DNA of 64,000 bases from Ruditapes philippinarum (GCF_026571515.1 NW_026860451.1:62001-126000); one strand, 5' to 3'; positions 27,003 to 39,589 are shown, numbered from the stretch's first letter. A program made the numbers and translations. The notes: a model not told the origin generated them from the sequence alone.

Positions 27003-27983
27003 ACTACGTAGGAGATAAAAAAGCCTAATTAGGAGTTTACAACTCTTTCGTAGGACTTTTAAACTCCTACGTAGGACTTTTTAACTCCTACGTAGGACTT
27101 TGTAACTCCTACGTAGGACTTTTTAACTCCTACGTAGGACTTTTTAACTCCTACGTAGGACTTTGTAACTCCTACGTTGGAGATAAAAAAGCCTAATTAG
27201 GAGTTTATATCTCCTACATAGGACTTTATAACTCCTATGTTGAGGAACACTTATAAAGTCCTACGTAGGAGTTATAAACTCCTACGTAGGACTTTTAAAC
27301 TCCTTATTAGGTTTTTTTTATCTCCTACGTAGGAGTTATAAAGTCCTACGTAGGACTTTATAAGTAATAAGTAATAAAGTCCTATGTAGGACTTTCAAAC
27401 TCCTAATTAGGTTTTTATATCTCCTACGTAGGAGTTATAAAGTCCTACGTAGGACTAATATTGTCCTATGTAGGACTTACAAAGTCCTATGTAGGAGTTA
27501 TAAACTCCTAATTAGGCTTTTTTATCTCCTACGTAGGAGTTATAAAGTCCTACGTAGGAGTTACAAAATCCTACGTAGGAGTTATCTTTTTTTATAGAAC
27601 ATGTTAAATTGGCACCAGGACGCTTCCGTATCCTACGTAGGAGATAAAAAAAGTCTAATTAGAAGTTTATAATTTTTTTAGTTTTATTAGTCCTACGTAG
27701 GACTTTATAACTCGTACGTAGCAGATATAAAAACCTAATTAGGAGTTTTAAATTCCTACGTAGGAGTTTAAAAGTCCAACGTAGGAGTTATAAAGTGCTA
27801 CGTAGGAGTTAAACAGTCCTTCGTAGGAGTTTAAAAGTCCTACGTAGGAGTTAAAAAGCCCTAGGTAGGAGTTTAAAAGTCCTACGCAGGAGTTATAAAC
27901 TCCTAATTAGGCTTTTCTATCTCCTACGTAGGAGTTTTCAATTTTTATAGAACATGTTAAATTGGCATCAGGACTCTTCAGTA
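27003..27983. mobile_element. Foldback/satellite-bearing element built of CCTACGTAGG palindromic repeats, with two tandem right termini (CCGTA at 27630, CAGTA at 27983)
   Basis: Arrays of TCCTACGTAGGA in alternating orientation; GAACATGTTAAATTGGCA(C/T)CAGGAC..TTC(C/A)GTA occurs twice; left end not recognised. Confidence 0.75.
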
Positions 27984-29045
27984 CAAACTCCTTAAAGTTA
28001 ACAATTTGCCTGTTTTCATCACTTACTCATTCAAGTAGACTTTCGTATATACTTTTAAGTTGACGTTACAATTCATACTTCACTGAAGTATCAGGGAAAG
28101 AATAAGGGCTCATTTTAATAAAAGAGGTTTGTTGTAGGTATAAAGTTAAGTAGTAATTGTAAAAAACAAGTTTATAATAGTCTAGCTTAACAGTTTTCAC
28201 TATCCAATTAATTAATAAGTAATGACTAACGAATACTTTTTTTTTGGGGGGGGGGTCTCAATGGATGAACACAAGCTCGTTTTTGCTCCGGTTTACTTAA
28301 TGTGACGGCAAAGAAAGGGAATGCGATAGAAATATCATATTCAGATGCTCATTCATTGGTTACTTTTTGGTGGGATTTCATATTGTGACAACAGGGAACG
28401 TGTACGTACATAGTTGGTCATATAATCTGTCAAAATACTATTTGTATCATAGTTTGGGGACCTTTCTGTTGAAAATGTGTCAGAGTTCAATTGTATACAT
28501 AAATTATACAATGTACATGCACAGTGCGTTAACTGGAGTGCAGGTTTTAGCTTCCGGCACTCCAGAGCGTGCCCATTGACTGGCTCATTTTGTCAGGGGT
28601 TTACTTATTGTGACGACAGAGAAAGAGATAGCAATAGAAATATCATATTCAGATGTTCATTCATTGGTTACTTTTCTTATGGGGTTTCATATTTTCTAAA
28701 TTCAGTCAAAACACAAAATTTAAGTCTGCCAAAAAAGGAAGAGAATAATGTATATAATAAACAGAAAATTCAAGGTTTTTTCTATAAAGACAGGATTTAT
28801 CGATAATCATTTTGTGGTATGAAAATTATTATATGTATCACGCAACTTCACTCATGAAATATCTTTTTTCATATTTTCATACCACTTGATGAAAATAAAT
28901 CCTTTATTTATAGAAAAAACTTGAATATCCCTTTATAGTTAATATAAGTAAAATATTCTTTTTAAATTTGTCTTGGAAGTTTGTTGGAAAGATTAAAGCT
29001 TATATTGGTACTTAAGGATACTGCCCCAGAAAATATCATTGTTTT

Positions 29046-29350
29046 GAGCCGTCCAGTTAGCTCAATAGGTAGAGAGTTGGACTGTGAATCGGGCGACCCG
29101 GGTTCGATTCCCGGACGGCGCAGGTCACTTTCGTTATGATTGATCATGAAATCCTTTCTATGGTCATTCGCACTGTACATCTGCTCTGGCATGTACAGAA
29201 GTTTCAGTTCCTTGCGAAAATGGAAGCAACTAGTTACTGGTTAACCGCTTGACAACCAGCCCAGGAACGATGCGGTGGTTGAACTGTGCTCTGGTGAATT
29301 CCATGTGGCTAACTGTCGTGATCCGGAGTGAAAACTACCAACACCACCAC
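29046..29350 (+). mobile_element. tRNA-derived SINE (GTG-anticodon-like head, Meta/MESC-like central domain, CAC/CAA tail)
   Basis: A box TAGCTCAATAGG, B box GGTTCGATTCC, then TGATCATGAAATCCTTTCTATGGTCATTC...TACTGGTTAACCGCTT and a short repeat tail. The domain name is from recollection. Confidence 0.8.
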
Positions 29351-30905
29351 AAAATATTATGTTTGTTAATACTGTGTTGATATAACACTGCAGGGACAAT
29401 TTAAATCAAATGATTTGACAGACACGTCGCATTTTTTTCTCTGACGTCACTTATTACACTGATTGTGACGTAAAGTGACGTTATCGTCCTAGTGATTAGA
29501 TACACGGCATTACACTCGGACATTTATTTGAGAGAAAATGGAATTGGCAGAATTCATCTAAACACGGGAGGTAAGTGAGGCGTATATTAACGTTGTACCG
29601 TTTACTTTACGTGAATTTGTGTAAATAGCATATCCTACTTTGATTTTGGAGCAGTATGTGATAACATTAAAGTGAACTACTGTACTTACAGTGTAGAGCC
29701 TTGGTCCGAAGGTTATAAAGAAATTCTCTAAGCTCAATCTCAGATCATGTATATCTGATAGGTCAGAAACTGCCATATAATGTACATTTACTATTGGAAT
29801 TCCCGAGGTTTTAGACAGAATTGAGAAATAATAAATAAATGTTTGGCCTGACCTCGAGGTTATAAAATATTTTTTTTCTAAATTCAATATCAAATTTCTG
29901 GATTTTTATTGGTAAGTGTACACCCTGGGCTGGTTTCTGACCATTCAGGTACTGGAGCTCTGAGTTATACATAGAAAATTTCTTTATAACTTTATAACTT
30001 TGGAGCCTAATCAGACTCTAATGATGTGCAGTTTATACTGTTGGTATAAAAGCCTTCTAATCCCAATCCCAACAGGTCAACTTTTAATATAGAAGCCTAT
30101 AGTTTGAAAACTTCTTGAAAAAAAAGTCGTTTCATGCAGAAAATATTTATAAATTTACATAAATTTAAACTAAAGTGAAGAATGTTTTATTGTACCGGAA
30201 TATATTTGCCAATATTACTCCTTTATTTCCAGTGCTTTTTAAGCTTTATATTCCATAATGTGCTTAAAATGTTCACAAAACATTCTTATAGATATAAGTA
30301 CTGTAGCATTAAAACTAAGTTACTCCTGTAAGTAATAATTAAAGATAGATATAAATGATATATGCCAAAATAAATGTTTAAAAACTAAAAGTTTTGATAA
30401 GTTTATTATTCAAATTACATAAGACCATATAACCGGTGAAGATATACAATACAACATATATATGGCTAGCCAGCGTTCAAAAATAAATTTGCAAACAAGA
30501 TTTAAACAACAACGGAGAAAGTTAACATTCATTTACATGTTAAAACATCTTAGTATTAATGATCTATTTCTTATAATATCTAAATGTTTATAAAATTATG
30601 TAGGTGGTGTATTCTATAAACTACCCCTGCTCTTCCTTGTTACGAAGTAACTATGTAAATTAGATATAAGAGTCATTATATAAACTAGTCATACTAGTTA
30701 AAAAAAAAAACCCAGATCCACAGCAATATTATATAGAGTTTTCGGTATTGTTGCTAAACACATTATTTAATTTCAATATAATTGAGCCGCGTCACAACAA
30801 AACCAACATAATGGGTTTTAATCCGTGTAATTTCGATCAAAAACAAAGTAAGTACATATTGTTAAGGTACATTTCAATTTCTTCTTGAACCAGGCCATAA
30901 CAAAT

Positions 30906-31105
30906 GAGCCGCGTCACGACAAAACCAATATAATGGGTTTGCGACCAGCATGGATCCAGACCAGCCTGCGCATCCCAACCCTATTACAAGTACAGGAACT
31001 GATAGCGAACAGCATGGATCCTGATCAGACTGCGCGGATGCGCAGGCTGGTCTGGATCCATGCTGGTCGCAAACCCATTATGTTGGTTTTGTCGTGACGC
31101 GGCTC
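30906..31105. mobile_element. Palindromic MITE with GAGCCGCG termini and 4-bp AAAT TSD (Sola-like); partial copy at 30784-30818
   Basis: ~60-bp TIRs GAGCCGCGTCACGACAAAACCAA...; AAAT on both flanks; second full copy at 57414. Confidence 0.85.
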
Positions 31106-31587
31106 AAATAAAAATTAAAGGAACGTAAACTTACAAAGTGGTCTTAAATAAAACGTTATAATCTTAAACCCAGTAAATTATTAAAGGAGCTGAGGTCCGA
31201 ATATATATATGAAAACATGAAATTTAAAATTCTTACATAGGTCAACTTGTGAGCTTGAAATAGAAAAAAATATGCAAAAGATAAATTTAGAATTATTCTC
31301 GAAATTAAATTGAAAGTCAATTTTTGTGCGATATTTAGTCTGATTAAAAGCATTTAAAGACATTTCAATTTTATATCATTTAGCACAATTAGAACTAACG
31401 TGCTGGAGCAAATGATGAGAAATTTTGCACACAAGTTACTACTCTAGTCCTTAATCAAGGTCAAATGCACAAGTCTCGAACAAAAATATTTCCAATCCCT
31501 TTATGTGAAATAAACTCACTTTTGTCACTTTAAGACGATAGTTTTTAGTTTGTAAATGTGTCAGGAAAACGTGTTTCTCTTACAGTT

Positions 31588-33093
31588 ATGGCTATGTTAA
31601 GGATAAACAAGGATCTTGAAATGGAATCCAACATCATGCGCCAACAGAAGCTCGCAGCTGGCCAGTCTCAACTAGATCGCCACATCAACAGTGTCCTATT
31701 ACAAGCGTCTCTTAGAAGACCACCAGTTTCAGTACGAATGTCTGGGAGTAGATATTCAGGAAGCAATAAAATAACGTCATCGGCGATTTCCGGTGCACAA
31801 AAAGCCGCATCAAAACTGGTATGGTCGAAAGTCATGCTTTCGAAAGGATCGACCGTAATGAAATCAACATGCTCAACACGGATGATTAAATCGCCAAAAT
31901 ATGTCGAGAAGGCTTTTCCAAATCACAAGCACGATGTAATTGAAACAAGTATTATTAGGTTGGTACCGAAATATGATTTTGAAATTCCTTCAGATCAAGA
32001 ATTTGAAAAGCTTATCAAAAATGCCTATCCAAAACCTGTGAGAAATCAAAACAATTTCGAAAACACATGTCTTACTAAATCAGATCATTCTTGTAAAAGT
32101 GCCGTAGAGTCAAACATTTATTGCAATGGTGAACTGAACAATGAATATGATAGTAATGTTAGCAAAAGACCTGATAATGAATTCCGTCAACAACTTGAAA
32201 ATGAAAACCAGTTGAAAGCCAATGTAGAGAAAGACAAAATAGTTCTTCGCGGTGTATCGGAAGAAATAAAAAATCAAGCATTGCTAACACACGACACAGA
32301 TACCACTTTGCCTGGTCATGAAATCAAAACAAGCTTTAAAACTGAAATTGATCTCGACGAAATTTATGATATTGGTTTGTTTTTTGAAGTCTGTAGCAAA
32401 CTAAATAAAGAAAATGTCAACGAAGTTTATGATATTGGTTTGTTCTTTGAAGTCTGCAACCAATCGAAGAAGGAAGAAATCGACGACATTTATGACCTTG
32501 GTTTATTCTTTGAAGTCTGCAACCAGTCAAAGAAGGCAGAAATCGACGAAGTTTATGATATTGGTTTGTTCTTTGAAGTCTGCAACCAATCGAAGAAGGA
32601 AGAAATCGACGAAGTTTATGATATTGATTTGTTCTTTGAAGTCTGCAACCAATCACAGAAGGCAGAAATCGACGAAGTTTATGATATTGATTCATTCTTA
32701 GAAGTCTGCAACCGGTCGAAAAAGAGTCATTTCGACGACGTATTTGACATTGGTGTGTTCTTTGGTTTATGTTGTGAAGCCTCCGAATTAAAGAAAACGA
32801 CAGAGTTTGATAATGCAGTTGATGATGATCCAGTATTTGATCCCAGTAACAATAACAGTAAAATCGATGTCGGCAGTGTGTTGGGACACACTCTGACTGA
32901 CACCACCAGAGAATGCACAGTTGACACTACAAGGCATGAAGTTAACGAAAATAACGAAGATGATAGCAACATGATTGATGCACAAAACATGGATATTGCG
33001 CCTTTACCTCGTCTTGATGAGAACATAGACTTTGGTGAGGATATGTTCGGAATTCTTGGAGTGTTTTGCAGAAGTGGTTTACATCAACTGTAA
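31588..33093 (+). CDS. Uncharacterised ~500-aa protein: basic Ser/Lys-rich N-terminus, seven 21-aa acidic repeats (DEVYDIGLFFEVCNQSKKEEI), acidic C-terminus
   Basis: 1.5-kb ORF in AT-rich DNA; acceptor ttacag 2 nt before the ATG at 31588; in-frame 63-bp repeats; GTAAGT overlapping the stop. Confidence 0.75.
   Translation: MAMLRINKDLEMESNIMRQQKLAAGQSQLDRHINSVLLQASLRRPPVSVRMSGSRYSGSNKITSSAISGAQKAASKLVWSKVMLSKGSTVMKSTCSTRMIKSPKYVEKAFPNHKHDVIETSIIRLVPKYDFEIPSDQEFEKLIKNAYPKPVRNQNNFENTCLTKSDHSCKSAVESNIYCNGELNNEYDSNVSKRPDNEFRQQLENENQLKANVEKDKIVLRGVSEEIKNQALLTHDTDTTLPGHEIKTSFKTEIDLDEIYDIGLFFEVCSKLNKENVNEVYDIGLFFEVCNQSKKEEIDDIYDLGLFFEVCNQSKKAEIDEVYDIGLFFEVCNQSKKEEIDEVYDIDLFFEVCNQSQKAEIDEVYDIDSFLEVCNRSKKSHFDDVFDIGVFFGLCCEASELKKTTEFDNAVDDDPVFDPSNNNSKIDVGSVLGHTLTDTTRECTVDTTRHEVNENNEDDSNMIDAQNMDIAPLPRLDENIDFGEDMFGILGVFCRSGLHQL
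32344..32775 (+). repeat. 63-bp coding tandem repeat, ~7 copies
   Basis: GAAATCGACGAAGTTTATGATATTGGTTTGTTCTTTGAAGTCTGCAACC repeated in frame. Confidence 0.92.
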
Positions 33094-34019
33094 GTATTAA
33101 TAACAGAAAATTCAGTTTGTCAGTGTGTAGTATAACAGATATATCTTTGTTATGTTAGATAGGGTTGATTCACAAATGTGTGACTAAGTATATCATAGAT
33201 TTCACAACATTACGGTACAATTACAGGATCACATTTTATCTTATTCTTATATTTTTTTTAAGAATTAAAGCAAAACCCACAAACTTCTTTTCTGGTATAC
33301 CTTAATTCATTGACGTCGTATAACTGTATCTCTTATAAGATTCTAAAAATTCTAAATAATGTTTTTGAAAACGTTTTGCTTTAGTATATACTTTTTGATA
33401 ATATCCTACAATTACCTGGTGCGTTTCATCATATTACGTTGTACAAAATAATCATTTAATGTTCAGAATAATTAGATAATCGCTTGTTCCGGTATACACT
33501 AAATATTGCTGTCCGTGTAATAGACAGGACTGATTTTGAGAATTTGGCTCTCTATAAGATGCTAGAAGCATTTTGTAGTACAAGTGGTATGTTGGTGTAT
33601 TTTACCTATTTAAGGTATGCTGAATCCGATAAAGGTGGATACCGAATTGAAAAACTTGATCTTGACCATTGAAAGGGCCATTTAAAATGCCCACTAAAAT
33701 GGCCGCCAAATTTCTTTATCATAAATAATGATGATATATCAATTTTTCTATAGGCTAATAATTATAATAGAAATATAGAAGTAATATTAAAGATGGTACT
33801 GAAAATTTTAAGGCATTTAAACGTAAAAGACCTATATTTAGGGTTTACGAACACTACTACACTCTTTCTGTCCTATCTGCTAGATATAGAGCTTTCGTGT
33901 ATTTTATCTGGCACTCTACTCTGGCTACTCATATTATACTTGCACAGCGCACGTATGTGTGACGGGATTTAAACGTGCGCATTAAACGTGGGATTTAAAG
34001 GCACCTGTCTCTGGGTTTT

Positions 34020-35200
34020 GGTGTTCGTTTTTCTGTTACCGGTTGTTGTCTCTGTTCGCTTGTTGTCAGTTCTTCTGTTATCGGTTATTGGTCGTGATTT
34101 TCGTTCTTCAATCGGTCCTGGTCTCAGTTCTTTTGTTGTCAGATGTTCCGATTTCTCGTCTCTGTTATTCTGTTATCGGTCCTCGTCTCTATTTTTCTGT
34201 CATGAATGCTCGTTTCCTTTGTCTTGTTGTCAGTACTTCTCGTATCGGTCCCTGTCTCTGTTCTTCTGTTATCGGTCCTCGTCTGTGTTAGTTTGTTGTC
34301 AGTTCTGTTATCGGTCCCTGTCTCTTTTCGCTTGTTGTCAGTTCTTCTGTTATCAGTCCCGGTCTTTGTTCTTCTGTTATCTGTCCCTATCTCTGTTCGC
34401 TTGTTGTCAGTTCTGCTGTAAGCGGTTATTCGTCTTGATATTCGTTCTTCAATTGGTACTGGTCTCAGTTCTTTTGTTGTCAGATGCTCCGATTTCTCGT
34501 CTCTGTTCTTCTGTTATCGGTTATCGTTTTCGTTCTTCTCCGTTCTGCTGTCATCGGTTCTCGTGTCTATTCTGCTGTAATCAGTCTTGGTCTCCGTTTT
34601 CTTGTTTTCAATTGTTCTGTCATCGGTTTCCGTCTCTGTTATCCGTCCTCGTCTCTATTTTTCTGTCATGAATGCTCGTTTCCGTTGTCTTGTTGTCAGT
34701 TCTTCTGTTATCGGTCCCTGTCTCTGTTCTTCTGTTATCGGTCCTCGTCTGTGTTAGCTTGTTGACAGTTTCTGTTATCTGTCTCTGTCTCTTTTCGCTT
34801 GTTGTCAGTTCTTCTGTTATCTGTCCATATCTCTGTTCGGTTGTTGTCAGTTCTGCTGTTAGCGGTTCAAGTAACTGTTCTTCTTTTATCGGTCGCTTGT
34901 CTGTGTAGCAATGTTCTGTGGTGTACGTCTCTGTTCGGTTGTTGTCAGTTTTCCTGTAATCGGTACCTGTCTCTATTCGCTTGTTTTTTTTTCTTCTGTT
35001 ATCGCTCCCTGTCTCTGCTCTTCTGTATTCGGTCCTCGTCTCTGTTCGCTTGTTGTCAGTTCTTGTCTCCATTCTTCTTTCTGTTATCGGTCGTTGTCTT
35101 CGGTCTTGTACTTTCGGTACTTGTTTCCTGTTCCGTTAAGGTCTTCTCTTGTTTCTATCGTTGCCGTCATTCTGTGCTGATGTCCTGGTTTGTCAGTCTT
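34020..35200. repeat. Degenerate pyrimidine-rich complex minisatellite (CTGTTATCGGTCC / GTCTCTGTTC / TTGTTGTCAGTTCTT modules)
   Basis: Shuffled short modules; direct duplication of ~34164-34410 at ~34630-34865. Confidence 0.85.
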
Positions 35201-35220
35201 GTAGTCATTTATTCGTTCAG

Positions 35221-35294
35221 TGGAGTAGCGGGGGATCGAACTCACGACCCCTTGATTTGAAGGCAGACAGTGTTACCACTGCACCATAGCGCCC
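35221..35294 (-). mobile_element. tRNA-like (SINE head) sequence with A/B boxes and TCA in the anticodon loop
   Basis: Minus strand reads GGCGCTATGGTGCAGTGGTAACAC...CTTCAAA...GAGTTCGATCCCCCGCTACTCCA; stems are poorly paired. Confidence 0.65.
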
Positions 35295-37890
35295 GCTCAG
35301 AATAATAACTATGTTTGAAAGTCCTTTATACTTTAAAAACTATTTCAATGGCAAACAAAGGGTGTATTACAATTATATTTTAACACCTCTACTATGTAGC
35401 CAACCCACGTGACTTTTTTATATTGGCAAAGAAAATATTACTCGATTTATTACAAGTAATATTTTTAAAAATAACTTTGCAGTTACTTTAAGATATTCCA
35501 GACATTTATTGGAGGGTACCCGGAATTCTAATGTATATCAAATGATGTGATAATCTTCTTGTAGAATTTTCTTAAAACCGTGACTGAATTCCAAAATTTT
35601 CGAGAGCTGCCATGGTATAACAAGCACACGTAGCAATCTCCCGGTTTCAGACATTTCATAACTCGATGAAAATATGGTGTTGTTATTGTTGTTATCAAAA
35701 ACTTACATGCATCATACATGTGTAATGTTCACAATGTGCTGAAAAAACGGCTCTTTATTAATTTCAACATTTCAGCAAGTGACACATTTTATATCAGAAT
35801 GGGACAGAAATGTTGTTCTAACCATTTAAAATTTAGGATTTGTAAATTTGTAAGTTGGATATTTTTTACCTAGTTTGCTCATCACTTAATTCACATTTTT
35901 ATATATAAACCTGAGGTACAGAAAATAGACAGAAAACAACTGTCATAGATTGAGATAGAGCCATAGTGTCGTAGATATTTGGGTTACAAAAGGAGTTTTT
36001 GATCCTGATAATGTTTTAAGTACATGTACAGGATAAACATATTATAAGCCAATATTCTTAAAATTTTAACTGCCTTTATTCATATTTTTTTTTTAAATAC
36101 GTGCAATTATGTAATTATTTTGTCTTTAGTTAATAGTTTCTGGAGAAAAGGCTTAACAAAGGTGATATCTTTTATTTTATAGATAAATTTTATAATGTGT
36201 CACATGTCGACTTTAAAAAAAAATTGTGGGGGTTTATCGCATACTTAGTCCCGCTTTTGCATGTTGGAACATCTATATTTTATTTGTTTGTATACACAGC
36301 CTAATTGCTTATTTGTATAGTCTTATTTTATTGACCTGTCAATTGTGAATACCTTACAACACTCATTGAAATATTAGATTCCACTTAGATTTCGTGAGTA
36401 AAGTTTACGAGAAATAATATGGAGTACATGTATAAAGAGGATATTTGTTTGTCTGTGTGTAAGATGAAATTTTATTTCATCGAGTGGGCTTTAAAAACAG
36501 TATTCCAACGAGTGGCGTAGCACATCTGACACAACAAACAAACACATTTTCTTTTTATTTTATGCTTAAAAATAAGTTAAAACGAAATTTCCTTGATATT
36601 AACTTTAATATTAAAATCTGTTTTCCCCACTGGTAGCCTCTATTATGTACATGTATTAGTCGAATTTCTCATAAAATACAAGAAATCTTGGGCTGAAAAA
36701 TAAGTTCGACAATCAACGTTAAATTGCGATGATATTATTCATTTGAATGATCGCTTATTTTAATAATAAAAACAAACAATTTTAGTAGGAGAAAAAGTCC
36801 AACCATCCATCCATATTTCTGTTACTTACTGCGAATTTATATCAGACCTGGCTCTGTTAAATGTAAGCGGCGGCCATTTTTAAAAGATGTGTATTTCAAG
36901 GGAGGAAAATAATTGTGTTTGATTTAGAGGGATATCGTTTGGATTTGTTAGTCATACACCTTTTTAAAAGAAAGAAAACTTATTTGAGGATTGTAACAGA
37001 CAATAAATAAGTGTTGACAGATGTGTAAACATTTAAAAAGTGGCTAGGAAATTGGAAACTTGGAATTGTTGAAAGGCTGCCTTATTTCGTTTTAACGAAA
37101 TATAAAATCTTTATTACGAAATATTGATTCGTTATTACGAAATATTATTCCGTAATTACGAAATTCGTAATAACGAAATATTAATATGATATTACGAAAT
37201 ATTTATTCTGTGATTATATTTATTAAGAAGGATTTTGAAACTAAGTACATGTATATTGTTAAATATAAGTCAAGTAAACAAAACATAAAAAAGTGATTTT
37301 TTTTTCAATTTTAGTCTTATACCTTAACGCGCTAGTAAAACAGTACTGTGTATAACTGTTAATTGAGCCATTATGCTTATAATCGTTATATTTGGTGGCC
37401 AATCTCATTAAAATCTGATCATATTGAATAATCGTTTGATTTTGACAAGAATTATTAATTTCATCATATTGAATCATAGTTTTAATGACCTATTTTTAGT
37501 ATTTTTAAGCGGCCATTTTGAATTGACCTTTTGAAGGTCAAGGTCAATTTTATTTTCTTGGTATCCACCCACATCGTCCTCAGCATACCCATATTAGGTT
37601 CAAACACTCAAGATATAACTTGTACTATAAAATGCCTCTAGCATAATCAGTCCTGTATATAATATAAACTTGCAAATTGGGTCTTAAAACAAGTAAATGT
37701 TATAAATTCATATAATGTACAAGTATATACAGTTATACAGTTGGTGTAAACATACATATATTCCATTTCCGTAAAAATGAAATAAAATCAATGAAGAAAT
37801 CATTGGTGAATGACGATAAGCCAAATTTCATTGCATATCTAATTTTATTTTAGTTATGTTATGTTAATAATCAGGCATGCATGTATGTGT

Positions 37891-38809
37891 GAGTGTAGGA
37901 CAAAAGCCCTCCCGGACAAAAGCCCTCCCGTCAAAAATTGACAAGGCGGACAAAAGCCCTCCCGTGAAAATGACAGGGCGGACAAAAGCCCTCCCGTAAA
38001 AATGACAGGGCGGACAAAAGCCCTCCCGTAAAAATGACTTGGCGGACAGAAGCCCTCCCGTGAAAATACAGGGCGGACAAAAGCCCTCCCGCAGCAAATA
38101 CATATATGTACATTAAATAGTTTGTATTTTCAATTCAATGCACTCAACATATTAAAATTGTAATCATGAATATTTTTGTTTTCCATTGGCATAAGAGTGT
38201 TTGTATGAGCTTGAGTACATTCCTGACTGGCATCTGAATAATAAGTACTAAAATCTGTAAGTGCATATTTATTCACGTAAAAATGAAGGATTACTCACAT
38301 GTAAAGTTATGATTAATAGAGTAATAAATGATGAAAAGAAGTTAAAATTAACTAAAATTAAAAGTCCAAGTGCCTTGTAATGAGTCAATTACTTTAGAAA
38401 GTGACCTTTTTTTAAACGACATTCGTGTGAAAATATTACCTCGCTAAACATTTAATTTCTGAAAGGTATGTTCTGAATGAAAGCTGGTTCTAGCTAATAA
38501 AAATACTTAGACCAAAAGAAAACAACAACAAATATATATGTTACAAATTTAATATCTTAAGTGCGTTGAAAAAACACAGGTATGTAACATAAATATATAT
38601 TTTGTTACGGGAGGGCTTTTGTCCGCCTTGTTAATTTCACGGGAGGGATTTTGTCCGCCCTGTCATTTTCACGGGAGGGCTTTTGTCCGCCCTGTCAATT
38701 TCACGGGAGGGCTTTTGTCCGCCTTGTCATTTTCACGGGAGGGCTTTTGTCCGCCTTGTCATTTTTGGACGGGAGGGCTTTTGTCCGGGAGGGCTTTTGT
38801 CCGTTTCCC
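37891..38809. mobile_element. Mutator-like (MULE) foldback non-autonomous element with 9-bp TSD TGTATGTGT
   Basis: Inverted arrays of ~31-bp GGACAAAAGCCCTCCCG repeats at both ends, AT-rich core, G...C termini, and identical 9-mers at 37882-37890 and 38810-38818. Confidence 0.88.
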
Positions 38810-39589
38810 TGTATGTGTGTTTCATAGATTATTTTCCGTTTTTTTTTCCAGGTACAGCGATGTCCAGGATGTCAATGCTTGAATCGTGCACACATTTACA
38901 TAAAACATTTTTATTGTTATAAATCATTAAAATTAAAAAAGGATAAGATTATGTTTGCTAAACGAAAAATAGTTTGGGTTGTTTTTTTTCGTCCAAAGTT
39001 TTTAAAAACCAAAACCGACGTCAACCAAAAAGAACTTGAATTGACGCGCACTGATCATATACATGTATGATGTTTATACATTTTAATAATTCATTGAGCT
39101 GAAGCCAGGCAATAGTGAAACCATATAGTAGAAAAGCATAAAAACCGGTTGTGATGTTTCTGCTAATATGTTTTTTTCTACATAATACATGGAAACATGT
39201 ACACTTGCAAATATATTTTACGTTTTTAAGACAATTCGTAACCGCAAAATATAAAAAACACTTCTATCAAAAAATCTTGAGATGTAATTCTGATAAGCCT
39301 CTTATTTTCACATAACAATATTAAATATGATGAAACTAACGACAGAAGTGTAACATGTCAATTTTAGCGAACTAATATGACCAGCATTTTCATTGTTAAT
39401 AGAAATGAATACATGTACATAGTAAAACATGAGAATTTACTATTGTTACATGTATACCAACTGAAAATAGCGTATAGACGGTACATATTAGGGGGAAAAG
39501 CTATTGTTTATACTTGTACGACTTGTGACCTGCCCGTGCCACAAGTATACACGTTGTTGAGTTTTTACTCATATTGACTTGTAAACTCG

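Larger units (their letters stand above)
33525..37655. mobile_element. Putative old ~4.1-kb DNA element with diverged terminal inverted arms (33525-33707 / 37509-37655), CAGG...CCTG ends
   Basis: CAGGACTGATT..ATGCTAGA.GCATTTT.TAGTACAAGT..GGTATGCTGA..GGTGGATACC..CTTGACC..AAAATGGCCGC recurs as a reverse complement at 37.5 kb; TA on the right flank. Confidence 0.55.

Noticed and set aside
29046-29122. tRNA-His gene
   Set aside because: Acceptor and anticodon stems do not fit a canonical cloverleaf, and the sequence runs into a SINE body and tail.
30885-31097. ORF similar to 57462-57644, suggesting a small gene family
   Set aside because: Both lie within copies of the same palindromic MITE.
33988-35260. 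Cys/Leu/Ser/Val-rich membrane-protein-like ORFs
   Set aside because: Open in several frames because the A-poor repeat lacks stop codons.
35221-35294. tRNA-Sec / opal suppressor gene
   Set aside because: No long variable arm; T and acceptor stems are mispaired.
37075-37210. Fourth TAYGG-type foldback element (TTACGAAAT repeats)
   Set aside because: Only a short degenerate array with no convincing paired termini or TSD.
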